Position numbers and translations under genes: made by a program. 64,000 nt of DNA, from the NCBI RefSeq assembly GCF_009914755.1, contig NC_060927.1; one strand, given 5' to 3'. Source of the stretch: the human T2T-CHM13v2.0 reference genome, Homo sapiens. Positions 1 to 13,561 of this stretch are shown here, piece after piece (position 1 is the first letter of the stretch; every line of letters begins with the position of its first letter). Under the pieces are notes generated by a model, which had not been told where the DNA came from, ran no database searches, and worked only from the letters and a program-made list of their open reading frames with translations.

Positions 1-664
1 GGGGCTTGAGGACGGGATTATGATAATGATCTAAGGCCTGAGCCACATTCTTATCCCTTAAGGCTTAAGACAAAGAACAAAGAGGGAGAGGCGAGGACAC
101 CCAGGGTGAGATCAGGAGGATACTAACTTCAGAGAGGGGTGAATGGGTGAAAGTATATTGGAGGTAGAAGAACCACAATGCCTACCAGACAGAGCAACTT
201 ACATCAAACCCTTTGAACTTCCAAGCTTGCTCCTCACATGTGTGAAGAAGTCTGCATAAACCACTATATTATGTTGCTGTTTGTCACCACCTGGAACATC
301 TGGACAGAGTCCCCAGGATAGGATACAACTTCCTTTCCATGGGGCCAGTCACATTCTTTGCTGTCTTGTTCCTTCATTCTGCCTTTAATGAGGGTGGGGT
401 CAATAAAGAAAATGGCAGTAAATTTCTCTTTAGTTTAATGGAAAATTCCTCTGGAAGTTCACCCCTCATTGATGTACTCCACTTCCTTATTTTTCTCCCC
501 TATTCTTAGGAGCCAATATCTCTGCAACAATGCTTCCTTCTTCTCACCTTTCAAAGCAAGACTTTATTCATTCTCTGAACAACCCACCCCTTCCAAATAG
601 ATCAGACTATACCCCTAGCGGTATATTTCTCAAAATTTGGAGCCTGTTCTGAGTAATATGCTTT

Positions 665-860
665 TCAAGCGAATTTTACCCTTAGTACTAGTGACATTTA
701 GGGCTGGATAATATTTTTGCTATGAGAGACTGTCCTGTGCATTGTAGAATGTTTAGAAGCATCTCTAGCTTCTATCCACTAGAGGCTAGTAGCATCCTCT
801 CCCACCAAGTTGTGACAACCAAAAATGACCACTGGAGAGCAAAATTACCCATTTAATAAC
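665..860. mobile_element. MER20-like hAT DNA transposon remnant
   Basis: ctgtcctgtgcattgtagaatgtttag...gttgtgacaaccaaaaatg resembles the MER20 consensus. Confidence 0.7.
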
Positions 861-1182
861 AAGTAAGCTAGAATAATACTCTGGGGGAGACTGTGCTGGG
901 TGAGAGTAGAGGAGTTCTCTTATATTCCAAGTTAGGGTGGAGAACGTGGGGAACTTTATCCAGGTTTCACCAAAAAGTAAAGGACAGGTGAAGGAACTCA
1001 CTTCTCTTGTGAGTCATCAATGAACTTCTTTGCTCTCCTGACTGTGCTGCAGGGGACTGCTGAATCACCATCTCCCAAGGACAAATATTAATTTTCATAG
1101 AGTACAGCCTAACCACAAGGTAGAAGATACATATTTTCCCATCTGTCCTTCTGTCCTGTAATTTTACAAGGCCATCTCTCTC

Positions 1183-1492
<310 letters not shown>

Positions 1493-1900
1493 TAATGAGG
1501 TATGACAAATTATTATTCAGCACAGACTTAATCCACCTATCTTGCTTCCAAATGTATCTTCTTTGGATCATCCCTGAGTAACACTTTTTAAAATTCCCTT
1601 AGCTACTCACAGAGTTGGCCAAAGATAAGAAATTATTACTTGGAAATGTAATCCCATAGTTTCTTTTTTATGATGGTGGTTGCTGTGTTACTTGGTACAC
1701 AGATATTTTGGGTTAGCTGATACAAAAGTTTGATATTTCAAACTCTTATCTTTATTGTGGCTTTTAGCTACATTTTTTTTTCTGGATAATTTTAGCCTTT
1801 AGCATTATGAAATGTCCTTAATTACATTTAAGCCTTTTTGGTCTGAATTGTCTGATATCAAAAGAACGACCCTGCACTCCTATTGTTTCCATTTGTCTGG

Positions 1901-2248
1901 TGTTTTAGTTAGTTCAAGCTGTTATAGATTGGGTGGCTTCAACAACATTTATTTCTTACGGTTATGGAGGATGTGAAGTCTAAGAGCAGGGTACCAGCAT
2001 GATTGGGTTTTGGTGAGTGCCCTCTTACTGCTTTGCATATAGACACCTTTTTACTGTATCCTCACATAGCAGAGTGAGAGAGGAAGCAAGTGCTGTTGCG
2101 TCTCTTCTTAGAAGGGCACTAATCCTATTCATGAGGGCTCTGTGCTCACAATCTAATTACCTTCCAAAGGTCCCACCTCCAAATACCATCGCATTTGGAA
2201 CTGAATTTCAAGAAGTGACTGTTGGGGGTACACATTCAGTCCACAGCA
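1901..2248 (-). mobile_element. MaLR solo LTR (MLT1A-like)
   Basis: TG...CA ends with MLT1A-type motifs (ggcactaatcctattcatgagggctc, cacattcagtccacagca). Confidence 0.75.
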
Positions 2249-2333
2249 CCTAGTATGTCTGTCTATTCCTTTCTATTTAGCCTTTCTGAATCATTTTGTT
2301 TTAGGTATGTTGCTTGCATGTACCATAATGATA

Positions 2334-2855
2334 GTGTATCAGTTAGCTTCTGTTGCATAACAAACCATGCCAAAACTTAAAAACCAGCCATTTATTTAGC
2401 TCATAATTCTGTAGGTTGGCTTAACAGTTCTGGTCTAGATTGGCTCAGTTGATCTCTCAGGTGCTTGCTTCTGTGTCTGAGGTCATCTAGGGTGTTGCCT
2501 GGTTGTTGGATGATCTAAGATAGCCTTGTTCATATGTCTGACAATTAGCAGACTGTTGGTTAGGGCTAGGAGAGTGACTCAACCACGTCTCTCATAATCC
2601 AGCAGGCAAGACGGTACACATGGAGGTCACGGGGTTGCAAGTGCAGTAAGAGAGGACAAACCCTGATGACTGAAGTGTCTGCTTGCATCACAACTGCTAA
2701 TGCCCCATTGGCCAAAGCAGCTCACATCAACGACCTAGACTTAAAGGGTGCAGAAAAAGACTCCACTTCCTGGTGGGAAGATCTGCAATGTCACACTGCA
2801 AAATCATGATAAAGGGAGAGGAAGAGTTTGTGGCCAATTTTATAATCTATCACAT
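2334..2855 (-). mobile_element. Old MaLR LTR (MLT1-type)
   Basis: tgtatcagttagcttctgttgcataacaaaccat...cccattggccaaagca...aatctatcaca. Confidence 0.6.
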
Positions 2856-3229
2856 TGGGTTTTCTTTTGTGAGTCATTTTAAAAGTCTTTTTCTTTACTT
2901 CCTTTTTTCTTTACCTCCTTCTGCTATTCGATTTTTTAACTTTAAGTGACATTCATTGATATCATTTAAATATCTTTTGACTCCCATCAATTGCCTATTT
3001 ACCAATAAATTTACTTATTTTACTTTTCCTTTCTGATGACTGCAACTTACTATGAAATGGATCCAAAAAGCAAGGTAGATTTATGGGTGGATAGAGGGAA
3101 GATTAGATGGACAAATGTGAGATAAAGCATGCATAGTAAAATGTTAATGTTAGAATCTAGGTGGTGGGTAGGTGAGTGTTTATTGCAAAACTCTATGCTG
3201 TGGCTGAAATTTTAAAAATGAATTGTGAA

Positions 3230-3575
<346 letters not shown>

Positions 3576-4425
3576 TCAGTCAAATCTTGGACAATCTGAG
3601 CGTCAAAATAAATAATAATAACAGATTATAATCTACCAAATTAAATAAAAATCTATGGGTCCATGCTGGTATAAACATATAAATGAATAAATAAGGGAGA
3701 AAAGAAAATTCTTCTTTCTAGAATAATGTCAGCTAATAGATATAGGCAGAATAATGGATAAGAAAATTACCATTTTGCAATCATCACAGAAATATTAGAT
3801 TCATGGAAGAATCATCGAAGTATGCTAAAACTAGTGGAAGAAAGTTTAATGTGGAACAGTATGTTTAATAGCCTCGAATTATATTCCCACAAATTAGTTG
3901 TTAATTACAAAGGGAAAAGAATAATTTTTCCAACGAGAACCCTGGTGGTTTTTATTCTATCTAATCCCTTCAACCTTTTTTTTCCCTCTATTGGATCTTC
4001 CTCCTGCGCCCCTCCACCCTCTCCTTATTCTGGGCTAGTTGTACTTTCTGCTTGCTGCAGAGCTGCCATTTTAGGACTTTCCTTAACTGCTTTCCTAGAC
4101 CTCCTCCTATGAACTGTTTGCTGAACTACCTTATATAAGGGTGGATTAAAGACCTCTGTAAATATATACAATAGATTAATAGATTGGTCATAGAATTCTC
4201 TTGAACTACATTTTGTTTGGCACACAGTATAAGCTCAAAAAATATCTGCTGAATAACTTAGTCTGGTCATCCAAGTATTACCAAAACTTTGTACCATGAA
4301 GCTTGTAGGATTTGGTTTTCATTTAATGTATGGTTATAAATATTAAATAAGTGAAGACAAATGAAATTACATACATTTTGTATATATGCTTACTTTTTCT
4401 TTTTAAAAATTTATTTATCTTATTA

Positions 4426-4494
4426 CAGTGTTCCACACGTTCAGAGAAACTTCTCTATTAACGAACTACAGACATGATATCTGAAAGTAATCTT
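4426..4494 (-). pseudogene. 3'-truncated U3 snoRNA (SNORD3-like) retrocopy
   Basis: Minus strand reads AAGATTACTTTCAGATATCATGTCTGTAGTTCGTTAATAGAGAAGTTTCTCTGAACGTGTGGAACACTG, matching the first ~70 nt of U3. Followed by a degenerate A-rich tail and flanked by imperfect direct repeats at 4385 and 4495. Confidence 0.9.
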
Positions 4495-6429
4495 TATGCA
4501 TAGTTTTCTTCTAAGAAACTCAAATGTGTTTTATATGAAGAACCACTAATAACCATTTACTTACTACTCTCTGCTACTAAGTCTTGAACAGAGAGCTAAT
4601 GTATGCCTAAGGGAAAACCGATTAAAGAAACGTTCTTATATAGCTTCAAAAACGAATTAACAACGATAGTCAGGGTGAAAGGGGAAGGTGCTCCTCTTTA
4701 ACTTGAAGTGCTTAAACAAATATTGGATTTTAGTGAAAACAGGAGTCTTGAAATGTATCCTTAATGTCCAGATACTCACAAGATAACTTTCAATTATCCA
4801 GAATTATTTTTTACTCTATAGAGCAATTCTTCCAAAATAGTGCATAGATTTATTCTCAGAAGTTATCTTATTCAAGTAAAGTGACTCTCATCCAAGAGAG
4901 ACACTGGTAGCAAAGGGCAGTAGTTAGTTAAATAGCAGTGAAACTGATATTAGAGAACTGCCAACTGATGGAAATTTAATCAGCAGTATATGGAATTGGA
5001 ATGGGCTTATACAGGGAGTAATTCTGAATATAAGGTGTTCAGCAGTTTTCGTTTCTTTAAAATTTTTTGTACAAAGTGGAAAAAACTTACACACCCATAT
5101 TTGAAAAATGGGTAATTTTTCTTTCATTCATTATTATTTTTTAAAGTTAAATAAATTAAGGAGACAAATAGTTCTCTATCGCATGTTGTAAAAAATCCAG
5201 GGCCCCTGTCCCTTACCATTGCCTTTTTTCCATTCCTTACATGAAGTGTGTCTTCCCAGGTGACACGGGAGCCATCCTTGATGTTTTTTGTTTCATCAAG
5301 TCTATTTGGGTGTTCCTATTCTATGCTTCCTCCCCTCTAGATTCCCGCCTCTACCTCATACTCTAGGTTTATCCTGAGTGTGGAGTAGGGAAGTGTGAAT
5401 ACCACATTTACATTTTCCTTTTGTTCTTCACCTTTTCTCTCTTAGACTGTTCCGCTCAGCACCAAAAGGACTTTCTTTCTTGCACTGCAGGAACTTCCCT
5501 TACATCAAATCCTTATACTGTTTACTCTCATTTATTGTAAAAATACTACAGTCTTCTGAATCTGACTTCTGTAAGCCTCTTTTCTCCTTAATAACAAAGA
5601 CTCCTCCAAAAATCATAAGTGCTTACTTTCAGGCTATCGTCTCCATGTGGACTTGAAACACACTATTTTGAAACTCAAAGCTGCCTTCAGCAGGGTTCTC
5701 TCCATTCGAAGAGGCAACTATTTCCACTGGTTCAATCAGTGGGGTTAATGATAGGCCCAGAACCAGGAATTTTCAAGAAGGAAAGTCCACTGACTTAATA
5801 TTCTCCAAATGTACTCGTTATGCTGAGAATACACACTAAGAACATATGGCATTTCATTACATAAATGAAAAACATCATCATAAGCAAGTTTGGAAGCAGT
5901 GAAACACACCCTTGGAAGGCATTATAAATGCTCCCTAATATCTGATTCTCCCTTCCCAGTCCCATTGCAGTTTGGTGGAGCCATGTGAAAGGTTCTAGCT
6001 AGTGAAATGCAAGTGGAAGTAGGAGGGCTGAGGTAGTGACAAGCTGCTGCATGATGCTACAGATTTCCTCTTCTGCAGTGAAAGTGGAATCTCATGTTGG
6101 GATGGCAGAGTTACAAGATCAAAGTGGTCTGGATTGCTCAGACACTGGTTGGAGGACAACTCTAAGCCTGTTCCATATTAGACTTTGTGTGAGCAAAGAA
6201 CAAATGTTTATTAGTATCTTTGAGTTTAAAATTGAAACTGAGATTTTGAAATTGTTTATTGTCAGAACATAAGCTAGCCAATCTTGACTAATATACCATA
6301 ATTCTTTGCTTATTGGCCTATTGCCTAATTAGCTGGAGTGCTTGTTGTTGGTGAAAGTGTGTTATTTTGGAAGTAGAGAATATATTTTATATATATATAT
6401 TTTTTTTTTTTACAAGGGTGAAACTTATT

Positions 6430-7385
6430 TAATGATATTTATTGAATGCCTGCTATACCAAGTGCTAGAGATGCATCAGTATACAAAACACACAATTTTT
6501 GCCCTCATGGAGCTTACATTTTAGTGGGGAAGTCAGATAAAAATTATATCAACAAACAAAATACTTGCAAGTTAGGGTAAGTGTTATGAAGGAACTAATG
6601 GCTGCGCTAGAGGTTAACAAGGGAGGGAATCTACTTTAGATAGTATGATGATGAGGAGAGGAGACCTTTCAACTGAGATATGAAGAAAGGGAGAAAACAT
6701 TCTAGGTCACATGAGGCAAGAAAGATCTTGGTGTGTTTGAGAAACTAAAAAGACCATTGTGACTCAGTGGTAACAAATGAGGAACAAGAGGCAAAATATG
6801 AAGTTGCAGAGAAAGATCATCATGTTGTGGCAGGGAGTTTGGTTTTCATTCCAAGCCATCAGATAGTATCACCTTAATCTTCCTTTGGTCAATGCCACAA
6901 AACTAACCACATCTATGTTAACTTTCTTTTCTCCGCCATCTGCCTCAACAAATGTCATGTCCCTCATCTTTCTGATGGCTAATCACTCCCTTTGTATCCT
7001 CCCTCCTCTGGTTACCCTTTCTCCTCTTTTCATATACTTTGCTTCTTCGTTATCTTCCCAATGGGTCAGTCCTGTCAACCAACCTACAAGACACCACCCA
7101 TCCCCCACCCTCTTCCATGGGTTATCAACTGGTAATGATTCTACTAACCACTCAGATGTTCAGGCCCCAAAACCAGGACCTATCTTGACCACTCTCTTTT
7201 CTTTACTTTCCTATGCAGTTCATTGGTAAATTCTTCAGTTTTAAACTCAAAGATATTATCAGTTTGGTTCACTCTTGCTAATGTTAGCTTTCCTGATTTC
7301 GTCTTGATTTCTGAAATGGTCTCATGATTTGCCTCCTTGCCTCCATTCTTTCCTTCCTCTAATTTTTTCTTTATGCATCAGCCAA
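6430..7385. mobile_element. Old L2 fragments in opposite orientations
   Basis: atatttattgaatgcctgctat...ccctcatggagcttacattttagtgggg is typical of the L2 3' end. Confidence 0.55.
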
Positions 7386-7418
7386 GGGTGGCTACTTATT
7401 TTAACATAGAATAGCTTA

Positions 7419-7804
<386 letters not shown>

Positions 7805-9229
7805 TTACAATGAAAAAGATAGGCAAACACAAAGAAAAAAATACACATTTCCACTTCCAAAGATTACCAATACTAACACCTTAGGGTATAAGCCCACTAT
7901 TTTTTTAGTTGTACATAAATACATATATGTGCATTTTTAAACCAAAATGAGATGCTGTAACATACTATTTCGTGACTTGCTCTTTTCAGTTAATGATCTT
8001 TTCCATGGCAATACAGTTCTATTTTATCCAATACTCAGTCCATCTACATTCATATTTCTTTAATGGTCCTGAAAATGCATTTTATAGACAGTCTGTTCAA
8101 ACCAGAATCCAATTCAAACTGTTATGTCCCTTAAATTTCTTTTCATAAAGCAGTTGCTTTTATCATGACAAATTGTTGAAGAGATGGGCCAGTTATCCTG
8201 CAGAATGTTTCACCTTCTGGATCTGTCTAGTTACTTCCTCTGGCATCATTTAGTTTGTTCATCTATCTGTTGTATTTTTTATAAACTGTGTTAGATGCAA
8301 AGGCTTGACAGATTCAAGTTAAATATTTTTGCCTGGAATATACCATGATGATACTGTATACTACATCCCATCAAAAGACAAACTATCCGATTGAGCTACA
8401 ACGTGGCCTTTAAAAAATGTAAATTATAAGTGTATATAGCTTCCTCTGCATTTATTATACAATACTAAACAAATTCTTCAACTTGGACAACAAGTTTCTG
8501 AATGATTTGATGCCTGCTTACTCATCCAACTTTATTCCATCCCATTCTATTTGTTTTTAAAGGTCTTGTCACATGTTTCGTTTCTAGTCCTGAAACATGG
8601 TTAAGTGCTTGCCTCCTAGGGCCTCTGCCGCAGGCTTTTGGTTTGGAGGCTCTCCTTTGCCACTCCACCCCTCTCCACTCTTCTCCTCTTCTGATATCAA
8701 GCATCTTCTCAAATTACAGGTGTCGTTTTTAATTTATTTAAAATTTTGTTCTTTCTACAAAACAGCAACCAGAGACACAGGTTCATTTTCAGTTAACCTA
8801 CTCGGAGAAAACCTACTTTATCTTATTTAAATTAGGGTCCTCCAAGCGATCTTAACATCTCCTAAGTCCCAAGCACCCTGTTTTTTTCCTGATACTTTTT
8901 CCGTTTACCTTAAGGTCTGTGTCAACCTGACAGTAAGCTGCACGATGGCAGGGGTCTTGCCTACTAGGTTCCCTGTGCACAGCAGCCCGTCAACAGTAGT
9001 TGAATAAACATCATAGGTCACAATAACCCTGGGACTGCCTCTTGGGGAGGTAGCCGCAAACTCTCGCAGGTGGCAGTGACACCAGTACTTCTCCGGGGGG
9101 TTGTTCGAGTGGAGGAATACTCTTACGTGAAAGTGCTCAGTACACCACTGCGGCAGGAAGGAGGAAGGGAAGAATTCCAGATGGGGAGAAAGTAATATTT
9201 TGCAGCACAGTACAGGGTAAACTGGGTCC

Positions 9230-9915
9230 AGGTGGGCGTAGCCGCCGCGACACCTTCACGTGACCGCGGACAGCTTAAGGACCCCGCATCCAGTGCGCCT
9301 GCGCTGGAGCTCCCGGAAGTTGCCGGACCCGGAACGCAGGCGGAGCGCAAGTCTGTCAGCCAGTCAGTCCGCCAGTCCGCCAGCCCAGTACCTCTCTCTC
9401 CTCGGCCCTCGTAAGCTGTCCGCGGTCTGTTTGGCCCGAACGGCGGCGGAGGCGCTGATCATGGCGACATTCATCTCGGTGCAGCTGAAAAAGACCTCAG
9501 AGGTGGACCTGGCCAAGCCGCTGGTGAAGTTCATCCAGCAGACTTACCCAAGCGGCGGGGAAGAGCAGGCCCAGTACTGCCGCGCGGCGGAGGAGCTCAG
9601 CAAGCTGCGCCGCGCCGCAGTCGGTCGTCCGCTGGACAAGCACGAGGGCGCGCTCGAGACGCTCCTGAGGTGGGCGCGGGGCTGGGAGTGGGTAGGTTGT
9701 CTGCCAGCCGTCGCTCGCCGCTCCTCTTCCCGTCTCCCCCCTTCCTTCAATCCTGTAACCTGGGCGGAGCCGCCCCGTCCCGGCCTGACCAGGCGCGTAG
9801 GTGTGGTCTGCATTCTTTGCTGGTGAGCAGGACCCGCCCTGCAGGCCCGCTGTGACTGCCCGCTTGTCCTGCCTGCACGTCTGCTCTAGCCCTTGGTCGG
9901 CGAGGGCTCCGTGGA
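9230..9915. promoter_or_regulatory. CpG island / TATA-less promoter and exon 1 of PDCD6IP
   Basis: Abrupt GC- and CpG-rich segment in an AT-rich background. Contains E-box TCACGTGAC (9256-9264), NRF1-like TGCGCCTGCGC (9294-9304) and ETS/GABP CCGGAAGT (9313-9320). Confidence 0.9.
9461..9669 (+). CDS. PDCD6IP: PDCD6IP exon 1 (coding part)
   Basis: ATG in strong context atcATGg; MATFISVQLKK...ETLLR; donor AG|GTGGGC. Confidence 0.98.
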
Positions 9916-10571
9916 TCAGATACCTGGGAGCAGCAGTCTGCCCTGTACTGATCTCTTTTGCCACATTTACTTAGAACTAGTCTTCACTTTTTTGGGTCTC
10001 TAACTGAAGCTTCCCCTTTCGCCCCATTTTTCCATCACTGTCTTTCTTGGGCCACATTTTGATTTCATAATAGTAGTTGCTTGAAGGCAGTGGGGGAAGT
10101 GGGGGAATTGGGACACTGGACCAAATGTCTGATCAGCTCATCACATTGTCCACATGAAATGGACCGTCTTCCTCAGTTCAAAATAATCAAATGATAGATG
10201 GAGAATTCTGAAAGTTAGGAGCTACAACTATTTGAAATAAAACTCTAGTTACATAGTTGAACCGTTCAAGGTAGGTTGTTTAAAAGCAGTTTGTTCACAA
10301 ACAGATATATACACAGTAGAGTAAATTTGTTATTTTAGCAAACGCTTATTTAGCTCATGCTGATTTAATGAGGGTTCCTTTCATGATACTTAATAGTTAT
10401 AAGAACATTTTTTACGATTTTATAGTTAAACATTTCTTTTGCATACCTTGTTAATCTCGTTTTCTCCGTATAGTATATTCTACTTGTTTCACAGGAGAAT
10501 CACAATTGTATTCCAATCCAAGTAGCAGAAACCCAGGCTAAACTAGCTTGAGCTAAGAAAAGACTTATTCT

Positions 10572-10892
<321 letters not shown>

Positions 10893-12249
10893 CTAACTGA
10901 AAAGTCTAGGGATATTCCTTCCTTAGCTTTAGGTATCACTGGAGATCGTCTTGCCTCCGTGATGCTTCCCTCGAAAGCTTTGTTCATGTATTGAGAGGGA
11001 TGGCTGTAGTGTAATAACAATCGTCCGCAACACTCAGTATCTTACAGAAGGGAGTGCTTTTCTCCTTAGCTCTGGTGGAAGTCCATGGGAGGCTCCTGGG
11101 TTTGTTTGCACCCATTTATGATGGTGGGAAATGGGCTAAGTTAATTGCCCTTATCTGAGTCATCCAGCCGGTTTAATTTCTCCTTACCCCATGGATCAAA
11201 GCAAGATGAGTCCGGACTGGGGAAGGGTTGGTTCTCCGAAGGAAGGGGTACTGAATAGATTGCTCAGAGGAATTAAGACCCCTTGGTGTCAAATTTTAGA
11301 GCTACAACTGTTGGGCTGCAAGGATCATTAGTCTAATAGCATAAGCATTTTTTTTAAAGTTAACCTAGAAATACTTAGCCATTCTTTAGAATTAACATAA
11401 TTAAACAATTTCAAGGTAATTTTTATGTAGGCATGAATAGCATTCAGTGAGGATTTTCCATTAGTAATATTAAGAAAACATAGTTGTGGTATAATGAGCC
11501 CTGTGATAAAAATCTTGTTGAATATATCAAATTTGGTTCCAGCCCTCAGATTTGGGGTCTTCAGAAGCACTTGGTGCATGGGTTTTAAGCTAACAGACAT
11601 GGGAGGTTGGTGGATAATGGTTTGGATACGGTTCTCCTGTCAACTTTAAAACTTAATTCATTTGTTCCTTCCTTTATTCTTTTTACCAGACTTAAATGTG
11701 TGAACTGTTCCTAGGTAGTGGACCTGTTGTAGATATAGTCTCTTTGAAACTAACCATGTTTCTTTAGTCACCTCTGTATAATCCCCTCCTGCCACATTAA
11801 TTCAACAAATATTAAGTATTTTCACTTTTTGGGCTTCTAGAGGGGTTAGGGTAAGCTTGGAGATATTACTAAAGTTTATAATGGAGGTAGGTACAAAAGT
11901 TTTGTAGGTATATACGCTGTAAAATTAGATGTGAATCAGTTGTGTGATGTTCATTCAAATCCGGCAGAATATCTTATTTTTAATAATTATGTTTGGATAA
12001 TTGTGTAAACTTAACATTAATTTTTTAACTTAATGAACTTTTTAAACTAATGAACTTTGAAAAACAGAGTTTAAACTAATTCCTAAATAATTGAAGCCAG
12101 CTTGATAAGTCCTGATATGCAGCTCCATATATTGCTCCAGTGATAGACTTGTTTTCTTATTACTAACTTGTAGGTGTTCTATTAAAATTTCCTAAAATAT
12201 ACATTTATGCATATTATAATAATGAGAATGAGTACTTAAAAACTCATTT

Positions 12250-12385
12250 GTTCTGGGTGTGGTAGCATGCACTCATAATTCCAGCTGAGGCAGAAGGATC
12301 ACTAGAGCCCACGAGTTGGAGACCAGCCTGAACTACATACTGAGACGCTGTCTCAAAACAAAACAAAACAACAACAACAAAAAAC
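12250..12385 (+). mobile_element. Alu monomer (FLAM-like)
   Basis: Single diverged Alu arm with CAAAA/CAA tail. Confidence 0.8.
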
Positions 12386-13188
12386 CCTTTTATATGATAC
12401 TTCTTCCTTTATAAAGTGGCTTTTACTAAAAATTGATTAGACCTTGGTAAATGGTGACCTAGGGTGATCAAATGGGAACCCTGCTGGTTTTTTATTTTTA
12501 TTTTGTATTTTATTTGAAGCTCCAGATATACCATTTACCAGCATTGTGTAATTTCTTTTGTGGTGATCAGTTTCTTTAGAGAGAAAGCTTCTAGTCTTCC
12601 ATGAAAAAGTCTGCTTATCAGCTTTCTAAATTTTATCCTGGGGAATGGAGGTTGGGGATCTTAACAATCATGTATGCAGTCTATCAGGTACATCTATTTT
12701 TAGTATGACACCTGCATTAGGGTTAGGTTCATTTCTGTGTGGTAGATCCCAAATTATCTGAGTTAAGATTTTATTTTGTAAAAAGTTGGCAGGTAGGTAG
12801 TTCTGGTAGCCCAGGGCTGGTGTAGTGTTTCTGTGGAGTTAATTGGGGCTCAGATTCCTTTCAGCTTTCTGCTGTTTGAAACCTAGAATATTGTTCTCAG
12901 GTCCAGGTTGCAATCATATCCAAGTTCCAGGTAGTAGGATGGAGAAAGGCACGGGGCTCGCCCTTTAGGGTGTTTCCTGGCAACTGTTCCACAACACCCT
13001 GCCTATATGTTACCGGCCATTTTGTGTGTCCTTCTGATAGGATGCTAGGAAAAGGAATTTTCATTATGAGCAGCTGTATACTCAGCTAAAGGGACACAGT
13101 TTTGTTAATAAGGAATAGGATAGACTGATAATGATGTAGTCAATTAGCACTCCCTACCCCACTTAGCAGTGCTTGATCTCCACCTTAG

Positions 13189-13561
<373 letters not shown>

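Noticed and set aside
8800-9300. A short promoter insertion/deletion polymorphism that I recall being reported for PDCD6IP
   Set aside because: I cannot place it or tell the allele from one sequence.
9497-9964. 155-aa and 89-aa antisense ORFs over exon 1
   Set aside because: Expected from stop-codon scarcity in a GC-rich CpG island overlapping a real CDS; no recognisable protein.
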